Shown piece after piece: positions 28,207-35,615 of a stretch of 64,000 bases of DNA. The translations under genes and the position numbers were made by a program. The notes under the pieces were generated by a model that did not search any database, had not been told where the DNA came from, and saw only the letters and a program-made list of their open reading frames with translations. The stretch is from Minisyncoccota bacterium (GTDB lineage: Bacteria > Patescibacteriota > Minisyncoccia > Phycocordibacterales > Phycocordibacteraceae). The stretch's first letter is position 1. Each line of letters begins with the position of its first letter. The DNA lies in assembly GCA_036399335.1 (NCBI GenBank), contig DASWNF010000014.1, positions 3,687-67,686 on the forward strand, in the 5' to 3' direction.

Positions 28207-28797
28207 TTACAGTAATGGCTGATCGTATTTTCTTGCAATAGAATCCAAGTCAGGTTTACCGAATTTTACCTGCATCTGCTTAAACCTAACGACTTTGTCA
28301 TCACCATAACGAGATACGAAAGTGGAATAAGATTCTGGGCGGTTAAACCTGGGGGGCGTGGATTTTGAGTGGAACTTGTCAGCATACATGACAAGAAGTT
28401 CCTCATCAGTCTCCGCAAGATAATCCTGTAGCGGTAACGGTAACTTTTGTCGCACTACGTCGTCCCGAGTTAACCCCACTCCTGTGTGGTGCGACGCAAT
28501 ACGGCACAGTTCGTCAGGCAGTCTCTCAGCTCTGAGTAGTCCCTCCCCAAGAACGCCGTGCTTTGTATAACTAGGCCCAGAAAGCTCCTCGGCACTCAAT
28601 TCATAAACACCTATGTCGTGTAGCAGACAGCCCGCCTCAACTAATTCTTGATTTATCCTGAGACTGCAACTTGAAAGCAACTGCTGTGCTATTTCATTAA
28701 CTGCCCTGCAATGCGTAAATACCAGATCAAACGCCTCTACACTTGGCGCGTATTTTCTGTGCAATCTTTCGATTTCCTCGAATGTGGGGACTGTCAT
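28207..28797 (-). CDS. HD-domain phosphohydrolase
   Basis: H...CLLHDIGVYEL (HD motif) with further His/Asp residues in a ~190-aa protein. Confidence 0.75.
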   Translation of the reverse strand: MTVPTFEEIERLHRKYAPSVEAFDLVFTHCRAVNEIAQQLLSSCSLRINQELVEAGCLLHDIGVYELSAEELSGPSYTKHGVLGEGLLRAERLPDELCRIASHHTGVGLTRDDVVRQKLPLPLQDYLAETDEELLVMYADKFHSKSTPPRFNRPESYSTFVSRYGDDKVVRFKQMQVKFGKPDLDSIARKYDQPLL

Positions 28798-28820
28798 ACC
28801 AAGATTCTAGCAGCTCGGAT

Positions 28821-28849
28821 TTGCTGACAGTCTGGGACGTTGTTGGAAC
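28821..28849. repeat. conserved ~30-bp intergenic motif, copy f
   Basis: ttgctgacagtctgggacgttgttggaac. Located 24 nt upstream of the HD gene start, which has TGCTAGAAT-N6-ATG. Confidence 0.7.
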
Positions 28850-28908
28850 CTTTTTCCAGCTTCTGCTACATTCTGTCTAGACTTTCAACTTCACGTAAGG
28901 GGTAGGTA

Positions 28909-29166
28909 ATGCCTGAATCAAAGAAAGACGGGCCCAGGGAGGCTCATACTGCCGAATCTGTTAAGCAACTTTCTGGCGAAGTGTTGCTCGACACCTACGA
29001 CAGTCTGGTACGCGAAAGCAACCAGCTTTTGCCGGAGCTGTTCGGGGACGAGGTCCAGGGAAAAGTAGAACACCCGAAATATCAAGAGTGGAGGCAGATT
29101 GGAAGGAACATTCGTGTTCTACGAACTGAACTCGCCCTGCGCTTGAGAGACCAAACTGTTCACTGA
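28909..29166 (+). CDS. hypothetical small protein (85 aa)
   Basis: AAGGGG SD-like sequence upstream. Coherent charged helical sequence. Confidence 0.6.
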   Translation: MPESKKDGPREAHTAESVKQLSGEVLLDTYDSLVRESNQLLPELFGDEVQGKVEHPKYQEWRQIGRNIRVLRTELALRLRDQTVH

Positions 29167-29264
29167 GAAAATTGCCCGGGCTGCTGGAAGCGGGCTGGCA
29201 GGAATTGGACGAGGAGGACAAACCCATCAACTCCTGATCGCCCGCCAAACCCCTAAACTGACAA

Positions 29265-29300
29265 GGCCGCCCCAAGCGAAAGCAAGGGGCGGTTTTTCTT
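29265..29300 (+). terminator. rho-independent terminator
   Basis: ggccgccccaagcgaaagcaaggggcggtttttctt. Confidence 0.75.
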
Positions 29301-29303
29301 ATT

Positions 29304-29333
29304 AATTGCTGGCAGAATGGGTTTCAAACCTTT
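29304..29333. repeat. partial copy (j) of the conserved motif, plus orientation
   Basis: attaattgctggcagaatgggtttcaaacc shares TTGCTGGCAG. It is followed by TATAAT 6 nt before the ATG at 29358. Confidence 0.4.
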
Positions 29334-29357
29334 TCGATAAACCAGTATAATTGGGGT

Positions 29358-29678
29358 ATGTTCCTCCGCTATACGGCTGTCATCGTCCTTATTTTGGTGG
29401 TCGGGTACGGCCTCGTGAAGGCCTGGCCGCTCGTCCGGGGGCCGGAATTAACGCTTGAGCCCGTTACCCAGGGTGACGTTCCTGGAGTAGTGAGTTTCCG
29501 CGGCCGGGCGCTCCATACGGAGACCCTGACCTTAAACGGTGGCATCCTGCTTATCGATGACCGGGGGTACTTCGAAAAGACCCTCACCCTTCCCTCAGGG
29601 GGCGCTATACTATCATTAACGGCGACGGATCGTTTCGGCAGGAGCTCGTATGAGCGGCTCACGGTGCTCGTCCCTTAG
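29358..29678 (+). CDS. hypothetical membrane-anchored protein (106 aa)
   Basis: N-terminal TM VIVLILVVGYGLV. TATAAT-N6-ATG lies upstream (apparent leaderless arrangement). Confidence 0.6.
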   Translation: MFLRYTAVIVLILVVGYGLVKAWPLVRGPELTLEPVTQGDVPGVVSFRGRALHTETLTLNGGILLIDDRGYFEKTLTLPSGGAILSLTATDRFGRSSYERLTVLVP

Positions 29679-29699
29679 CAGCTTGTTACCTATTTACGT

Positions 29700-30761
29700 A
29701 TGCCAGCAAAGAAAGCAAAGAAACCAGCAAAGCCAACGGTGACCTCAGAAGAGGATGAGGCTCCCGCAGCAGACGAGGGCGGTAAAAGCCGCTCCATCGA
29801 GCTGGCTATTAAGAATATAAAGACCAAATTCGGTGATGAGGCAATCATGACCTTTGGTGCAGGCAAGCCTGCGGCCATCCCAACCATCCCGACGGGCTCC
29901 ATCGGGCTTGATGCGGCGCTCGGCGTTGGCGGACTTCCCTGCGGGCGCATCATCGAGGTCTTCGGCCCCGAGTCGTCGGGCAAGACGACACTCGCCCTCC
30001 ACGTCATTGCTGAAGCGCAAAAGAAGGGCGGTATCTGCGCATTCGTCGATGCCGAGCATGCGCTTGACCCTGAATACGCTAGAAAGATCGGAGTAAATTT
30101 GCAGGAACTCTTAATCTCGCAGCCGGATACCGGTGAGCAGGCGCTCGAAATCGTCGAGTCGCTCGTGCGTGCGAACTCCATCGCCGTCATCGTCATTGAC
30201 TCCGTTGCGGCCCTCACGCCGAAGGACGAAATCGAAGGCGACATGGGTGCGCACCACGTGGGTAAGCAGGCCCGCCTCATGTCCCAGGCGCTCCGCAAGC
30301 TCACGGCCATTACGTCAAAGTCAAACACCATCGTCATCTTCATCAACCAGATCCGCATGCAGATCGGTGTGATGTTCGGCAATCCCGAGACCACGCCGGG
30401 CGGCAAGGCGCTTAAGTTCTACACGTCAGTGCGCCTCGACATCCGCCGCATCGCGCAGATCAAGAAGGGCGAGGAAGTCGTCGGCGGCCGTACGCGCGTG
30501 AAGGTCGTAAAGAATAAGGTCGCGGCGCCCTTTAAGACGACCGAATTCGACCTCATGTATAACGAGGGCATCAGCCGCGAGGGTGAAATCATCGCCCTCG
30601 GCGAGAAGTTCGATATCATCCAGAAGTCAGGCGCGAGCTACAGCTACGGCGAAGTGAAGCTTGCCCGCGGGTACGACGCCACGCGCACGTTCCTCCGCGA
30701 GAATAAGCCGATTGCGACCAGTATTTTGAAAGAGATCCGCACGAAGCTTGCAGAGATCTAG
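29700..30761 (+). CDS. recA: recombinase RecA (with ~25-aa Lys/Ala/Pro-rich N-terminal extension)
   Basis: [13 protein letters not shown] Walker [11 protein letters not shown]2 loop [26 protein letters not shown]. Confidence 0.95.
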   Translation: MPAKKAKKPAKPTVTSEEDEAPAADEGGKSRSIELAIKNIKTKFGDEAIMTFGAGKPAAIPTIPTGSIGLDAALGVGGLPCGRIIEVFGPESSGKTTLALHVIAEAQKKGGICAFVDAEHALDPEYARKIGVNLQELLISQPDTGEQALEIVESLVRANSIAVIVIDSVAALTPKDEIEGDMGAHHVGKQARLMSQALRKLTAITSKSNTIVIFINQIRMQIGVMFGNPETTPGGKALKFYTSVRLDIRRIAQIKKGEEVVGGRTRVKVVKNKVAAPFKTTEFDLMYNEGISREGEIIALGEKFDIIQKSGASYSYGEVKLARGYDATRTFLRENKPIATSILKEIRTKLAEI

Positions 30762-30823
30762 GTTACCTACCCCCCCCACTAACGAAAGAGCGCCCGGCAT
30801 GCCGGGCGCTGTTTCGTTATGGC

Positions 30824-31261
30824 CTACGATTTATTCGTGCAATTGAACATCCACTGTACGCCGTACTTGTCCTTACAGGAGCCGAAATAATCGCCCCAGA
30901 ACATTTCTTGGAGCGGCATCTCGACCGTCCCCCCTTCCGATAGCTGGGCAAACAGCCGGTCGGTCTCCGCGCGCGTATCAGGCTCGAGGTTTAGGTATAC
31001 GTTATTCCCGAAGGTGACGTTAAAGCCCATGCTCTCGGGCGCATCCGTGCCCATGAGTACGTGGCCACCAAGTATGGGGAGCGCGACGTGCATGACGAGG
31101 TTCTTGTCTTCGTCTGGGAGTTCGGGTGCCCCGTCCTGGGGCGGGACTTCGCCCATACGGTGTATGCCGCCGTCGAACTCGCCGCCGAAGACCGACTTGT
31201 AAAAGAGAAATGCTTCTTCGGTAGAGCGGGGGAAATTCAGGTAGGTGCTGACGCGTGCCAT
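30824..31261 (-). CDS. VOC/glyoxalase-superfamily protein (PhnB-like)
   Basis: 145 aa. NFPRSTEEAFLFYKSVFGGEF...MHVALPILGGHVLMGTDAP...MFWGDYFGSCKDKYGVQWMF is typical of PhnB-like VOC proteins. Confidence 0.7.
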   Translation of the reverse strand: MARVSTYLNFPRSTEEAFLFYKSVFGGEFDGGIHRMGEVPPQDGAPELPDEDKNLVMHVALPILGGHVLMGTDAPESMGFNVTFGNNVYLNLEPDTRAETDRLFAQLSEGGTVEMPLQEMFWGDYFGSCKDKYGVQWMFNCTNKS

Positions 31262-31291
31262 AGGTGAAGATGATGCGGGTAACGGCTACCA

Positions 31292-31630
31292 CTATACCCT
31301 ATACGCGTACCCGGACTGCAGGGGAAGGAGACGAATGGCTTCGCGGACAAGCCAGAGCACGGCAATGCCCGCGGCGAGCGTCGTCGCCTGCACTACGAAG
31401 GTCGTATTAAGGAAGGCGGCTTCAATGAAGCGAAGGAAGGCCGCAGGATCGGTGGCGACAGCCATATTCCGCACCACTTGTGCCACGAACACTTCCCTTC
31501 CGAGAAGGTAAAGGGAGATGACGAGGAGTACGGCAGCGCCGGCGGCCCCGCTTATGAAGGGGCGCACGGCGTGCACGAAGCGCACGCGCCGCATGACGTT
31601 CCTGCGCACACGGTTATCGGTTTCGGTCAT
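31292..31630 (-). CDS. hypothetical membrane protein; candidate anti-sigma factor
   Basis: 112 aa with a single TM. Overlaps the 3' end of the ECF sigma gene by 17 nt. Confidence 0.45.
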   Translation of the reverse strand: MTETDNRVRRNVMRRVRFVHAVRPFISGAAGAAVLLVISLYLLGREVFVAQVVRNMAVATDPAAFLRFIEAAFLNTTFVVQATTLAAGIAVLWLVREAIRLLPLQSGYAYRV

Positions 31631-32183
31631 AGATGGTTTGGAAAAGTTTCTTAGCGCGGTGTACCCGGGTCTTTACGGCCGGGACGGAGCTCCCTTCGAT
31701 GGCCGCAATCTCCTCTTGGGACTTGCCCTCAATGAACTGTAACCTGAGTACCCGCGCCGCGGTTTCAGGCAGCTTCGCGAGCACGGCAAGTACCTCGTTG
31801 CGGACAGTGAGATCCTCAAGGAAATTGCCCTGGTCCGGCAGCCGTTCGTACGCCTCAGGCTCAAGGTCTTCGCGACGCTCCTTATCGCGCCTCAGCTTCC
31901 CGTAGCGGGTATAGCAAAGGCGTATGAGGATGGCGTACCCCCAGGAGGAGAAGGAGGCCCCTTCCTGGGGAATAAAGCGGTCAGCGTAGAGGTAGATGCG
32001 CGTAAAGGCGTCCTGGACGACCTCCTCCGCGTCTTCGGGGCTCCAGAGGATGCTTCGCGCCTTCCTTAAGAACGGCGCCTCATACCGGTCGATAAGCGCC
32101 TCGAAGGCATCCGGATCTTGTCGCGCTATCCGCAGGACTTCCTCGTCCGGAATTCCCTCCCATACCTCCTTTGAATACGTCAT
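31614..32183 (-). CDS. RNA polymerase ECF-type sigma-70 factor
   Basis: Region 2 (VQDAFTRIYLYADRF...SWGYAILIRL) and region 4 (ETAARVLRLQFIEGKSQEEIAAIEGSSVPAVKTRVHRAKKLF). Confidence 0.85.
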   Translation of the reverse strand: MTYSKEVWEGIPDEEVLRIARQDPDAFEALIDRYEAPFLRKARSILWSPEDAEEVVQDAFTRIYLYADRFIPQEGASFSSWGYAILIRLCYTRYGKLRRDKERREDLEPEAYERLPDQGNFLEDLTVRNEVLAVLAKLPETAARVLRLQFIEGKSQEEIAAIEGSSVPAVKTRVHRAKKLFQTIYDRNR

Positions 32184-32259
32184 GCTCTCCTGTATGATAG
32201 CCCCAATCGGCCGATGCCCGCAGGGGCCTTTTTAACAACCCAAGGCCTGACCCAGCACT

Positions 32260-32835
32260 ATGGCAATCCTCTCATACAACGAAATCACCCAGAAAAAGGT
32301 CATCGAATATAACGGCGACCCGTACGAAGTACTCTCGTCCCACGTCTTCCGCATGCAGCAGAGGAAGCCGGTGAACCAGACGAAGCTCCGCCACCTCGTC
32401 TCGGGCAGGGTCATCGAGATCTCCTTCCACCAGAACGAGAGCGTTCCCGAGGCCGACATCGCGACGATGAAGGCGAACTACCTGTATACGAACCGCGGCG
32501 AGTCATGGTTTGCCGAAGAAGGAAACGCAAAGAACCGCTTCGCCTTCCCCGAAGATGCCGTACACGAAAAGGTGCAGTGGCTTAAGGCAAACTCCCCGGT
32601 TGAAGTCATGACCTATAAGGAAACTCCCGCAACCGTAAAGATCCCGATCAAGATGGACCTCAAGGTGACCGACGCGCCGCCCGCAGTCAAAGGCGATACG
32701 GCAACCGGCGGCAACAAGGTCGTGACGCTTGAGTCCGGCGCGACCGTGCTCACACCGCTTTTCATTAATCCGGACGATGTCGTGCGCATCAACACCGAGA
32801 CCGGCGAGTACGTCGAACGGGTTGAAAAGGCGTAG
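32260..32835 (+). CDS. efp: elongation factor P
   Basis: KGDTATGGNKVVTLESGATVLTPLFI plus N-terminal KOW-like domain. Confidence 0.9.
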   Translation: MAILSYNEITQKKVIEYNGDPYEVLSSHVFRMQQRKPVNQTKLRHLVSGRVIEISFHQNESVPEADIATMKANYLYTNRGESWFAEEGNAKNRFAFPEDAVHEKVQWLKANSPVEVMTYKETPATVKIPIKMDLKVTDAPPAVKGDTATGGNKVVTLESGATVLTPLFINPDDVVRINTETGEYVERVEKA

Positions 32836-32865
32836 GACTAAGGCTTGGCCAGTGTTTGGAAAAAC

Positions 32866-32896
32866 AAAAACCCGCTTTCGCGGGTTTTTGTTTTTC
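32866..32896. terminator. bidirectional terminator between efp and rpsR
   Basis: aaaaacccgctttcgcgggtttttgtttttc. Confidence 0.75.
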
Positions 32897-32903
32897 TGCC
32901 TAA

Positions 32904-33110
32904 TTAGGCGGCGAGGTATGGGAGGAGGCCCATATAGCGCGCGCGCTTTACGGCGAGCGCAACCTCGCGCTGGCGGGAAGCGGACGTATTCGTACGCTTC
33001 TTGCCCATAATCTTGGCGTGCGGGCTCATAAACTGGCGGAGGTACGGGACATCCTTGTAGTCGATGAACTTCTTGTTCTCTATTTCTTCGCGTTCTGCTT
33101 GGTGAGCCAT
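32904..33110 (-). CDS. rpsR: 30S ribosomal protein S18
   Basis: KFIDYKDVPYLRQFMSPHAKIMGKKRT...QREVALAVKRARYMGLLPY. Confidence 0.92.
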   Translation of the reverse strand: MAHQAEREEIENKKFIDYKDVPYLRQFMSPHAKIMGKKRTNTSASRQREVALAVKRARYMGLLPYLAA

Positions 33111-33154
33111 GTTACGTAAACCTACTATAGGTAATGCTGTCGGTCAAAAGGGTC

Positions 33155-33637
33155 CTAGAAAGGAATGTCCTCAGGATTGATTTCGTCATCCGGGTACTGG
33201 ATGGAGTCGCCTCCCCCGCCCGTGGTGTCCTCGGAGCTGTTGTCGCTGGCTGCCTTGCTTGATGAGGTGCTTGCGCCCTCGTAGCCTCCGGCGGCGCCTG
33301 CGCCAGTGCCGCCTGCCTGCGGACCGAACTGGAAGTTGTCGACGACGATTTCGGTGCGGAAGTTCTTGCGTCCGTCAGCCTCCCACGAACGGGTCTGGAT
33401 GCGTCCTTCGACGAATACCGGGCGTCCCTTCTTCAGGTACTGGCCCATGACCTCGGCGGTGCGGCCGAAGGCGACGATATTGTGGAACTCCGTCTGCTCC
33501 TGCTGCTGGCCTTCCTTGTTACGGAAAGAGCGGTTGGTAGCGAGACCGAAGGTTGCGACCTGCTGGCCGGACGGAAGTGCGCGCACTTCCGGGTCGCGGG
33601 TCAGGTTGCCGTAGAGAAGGGCTTTGTTGAGGTACAT
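33155..33637 (-). CDS. ssb: single-stranded DNA-binding protein
   Basis: OB fold LTRDPEVRALPSGQQVATFGLATN, Gly-rich linker, acidic tail ending DIPF. Confidence 0.92.
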   Translation of the reverse strand: MYLNKALLYGNLTRDPEVRALPSGQQVATFGLATNRSFRNKEGQQQEQTEFHNIVAFGRTAEVMGQYLKKGRPVFVEGRIQTRSWEADGRKNFRTEIVVDNFQFGPQAGGTGAGAAGGYEGASTSSSKAASDNSSEDTTGGGGDSIQYPDDEINPEDIPF

Positions 33638-33644
33638 GCCCTAA

Positions 33645-34136
33645 TTATACACCCGCCTCCTTAAGCGCGGCATCAAGTTCGGCTTCGGATGAGTCCTCTG
33701 CCTCGTCTCCCTCGCCCTGGGCAAGTGCCTCCTTCGCGAAGAGCTCGTGCATGTCAGCTGAATGCTTGGCTGCGTCCTTGCTCGTGCGGATATCGAGGAA
33801 GCGGACGATTGAGGTCTCGCTGCGCGCAAGCGCGGCGACGTCCTCGTGGCCCGCTACGTCTGCCTCATAGGCGATCCAGCAGAAGAAGGCGCTGTCGAAG
33901 TCGCGGCGGCCGGCCGTCTCCTGGCGGGAAATGGTGTACGCAAGCGGTATTTTCGTAGGCTCGCCTTCGGCGATGACCGTTCCGACCGCGGAGATGCGGT
34001 CGCGGATGCCCTGGTATACCTTCTTTACTTCTTCCTGGGGAAGCTCGGCGTCGAGATGGAAGCCAAGTTCGTACACCCGCGTTTCCGCGAGGTCGCCGTC
34101 TTCCTGGGGGTCCATCAGCTCGGTGTCATTCGTCAT
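33645..34136 (-). CDS. rpsF: 30S ribosomal protein S6 (acidic C-terminal tail)
   Basis: YELGFHLDAELPQEE...GTVIAEGEPTKIPLAYTI...VRFLDIRT follows the S6 pattern, in the rpsF-ssb-rpsR cluster. Start approximate (ORF extends to 34175). Confidence 0.8.
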   Translation of the reverse strand: MTNDTELMDPQEDGDLAETRVYELGFHLDAELPQEEVKKVYQGIRDRISAVGTVIAEGEPTKIPLAYTISRQETAGRRDFDSAFFCWIAYEADVAGHEDVAALARSETSIVRFLDIRTSKDAAKHSADMHELFAKEALAQGEGDEAEDSSEAELDAALKEAGV

Positions 34137-34184
34137 AGATTTGCCGATAGTAACACGGAGTGTTTTAGCTAGCAAATGCGCCTT

Positions 34185-34988
34185 TTAAGCGAAATCTGCA
34201 GGCAACTTAAAGAGTTTCGCCGCATTTTGGAGAATATGCACCCGGACGGCCTCCGGATCTTCCCCGCGGATGGCGGCTATTGCCTCGACGATGGGCACGG
34301 TCGCGCGCGGGTCGTTCCGTTTTCCCCGGTTCGGGGCGGGTGCGACGTACGGCGAGTCGGTCTCGGAGAGGAGGTGCGAAAGCGGGGCAAACCTGACGAC
34401 CTCGTCATACTCGCGCGCAAAGGTAAGCACGGCCGTATAGGAAAGAGTGAAGTCGAGGTCGATGAAGCCGCGTGCCATGGAAATGTCGCCGACGAAGAAA
34501 TGCATGTCGCCCCGAAGTCGGTCGCCATGCTCGCGCTTATAGCTCCCTAGTAAGTCGAGCGCGTCCTCATACGCGTCCATGGTTCCTTTTGACGGCCGGG
34601 CATGCACGATGAGCGGCTTCCCCGTCTCAACGGCGAGCTGTATATGTGCCTCAAATACGTCGCGCTGCGCAGCCTTCGTAGCTGCCGGGTCCTCGGGACG
34701 GTAGTTATCGAGGCCGCACTCCCCTATGGCGACGACCTTTGGGTCCTCGGCGAGCTTGCGGTATACCTCGATGCCTTCAAATTCGTGCGCGCTATTGGGG
34801 TGGAGCCCGACGCTCGCCCATAAGGAGCCGTGTCCTGCGACGAGCTGCACGGCAGCCACCGACGTTGCCGCGTCGACGCCGACGACGATGCCGCCCACTC
34901 CCGCCTCTTCCATGGACGCGAGGACTTGCGCGCGATCCTCGTCATATGCGGAAAATTGTACGTGGCAATGCGCGTCAACATACTTCAT
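34185..34988 (-). CDS. TatD-family metal-dependent DNase/hydrolase
   Basis: MKYVDAHCHV, AIGECGLD, HARP..., SETDSPY motifs. Confidence 0.9.
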   Translation of the reverse strand: MKYVDAHCHVQFSAYDEDRAQVLASMEEAGVGGIVVGVDAATSVAAVQLVAGHGSLWASVGLHPNSAHEFEGIEVYRKLAEDPKVVAIGECGLDNYRPEDPAATKAAQRDVFEAHIQLAVETGKPLIVHARPSKGTMDAYEDALDLLGSYKREHGDRLRGDMHFFVGDISMARGFIDLDFTLSYTAVLTFAREYDEVVRFAPLSHLLSETDSPYVAPAPNRGKRNDPRATVPIVEAIAAIRGEDPEAVRVHILQNAAKLFKLPADFA

Positions 34989-35051
34989 GGGAGGACTGTA
35001 GCACGATATGAAAAGGGGCGGCTCCGGTGAAGGAAACCACCCCCTGCTCCA

Positions 35052-35555
35052 TTAGCTTTGCCTGCAACGGGCAGGCTCGCCGTGCCCGGGTTGGGGCACT
35101 TCGCGCTTCTCGGGACGCGGCAAGGCACGCACAGCGTACTTTACCGGCCCGGAAAGCAGGAAAGAAAAGAACAGGACGACATAGACGAGCGCTAGGCACG
35201 CCGCGGCCTGGACTTCCGGCGGGATGCTCTGCTCCACCTGCTCGAGCCTGACGAAGGTCCCGTAGGACACGGCGCCGATTAGCCCGGCAAACAAAATGAG
35301 CGACCAAAGCAGCGCGTTGTTGAGCTGTTCATTCTCCTTAATCCGCGTTTCCCGGTCACCCTGGATGCCCATGACCTTCGGCAGCAGCACGCGGTTCATC
35401 ACGAGCAGCAGTCCGAAGAGGGGCACCAGGATTCTCCAGTCCACAAGGCCAAGTATTGAGAAAAGATAGCCAGAAGCGGCGAGGATCACTGTGACGAACG
35501 CACAGTAGATCGCAAATCGAGCGCTCTGCTGGCATGCGAATAGCATGCGGTTCAT
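35052..35555 (-). CDS. hypothetical membrane protein (4 TM)
   Basis: Hydrophobic helices. No family assigned. Confidence 0.55.
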   Translation of the reverse strand: MNRMLFACQQSARFAIYCAFVTVILAASGYLFSILGLVDWRILVPLFGLLLVMNRVLLPKVMGIQGDRETRIKENEQLNNALLWSLILFAGLIGAVSYGTFVRLEQVEQSIPPEVQAAACLALVYVVLFFSFLLSGPVKYAVRALPRPEKREVPQPGHGEPARCRQS

Positions 35556-35615
35556 CGATGTTCTCCCGGGGTCATGTCCCCTCTGCGTATATTATAACTC
35601 TCTTTCACAAAAAAA

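Noticed and set aside
28207-28797. Calling the HD-domain, NDT-like and macro-domain genes a defined anti-phage defence system
   Set aside because: The genes are separated by individual promoters and terminators and by unrelated genes, with mixed orientation. No known system architecture (Thoeris, DarTG, CBASS etc.) is matched. The idea is kept only as a hypothesis in the findings.
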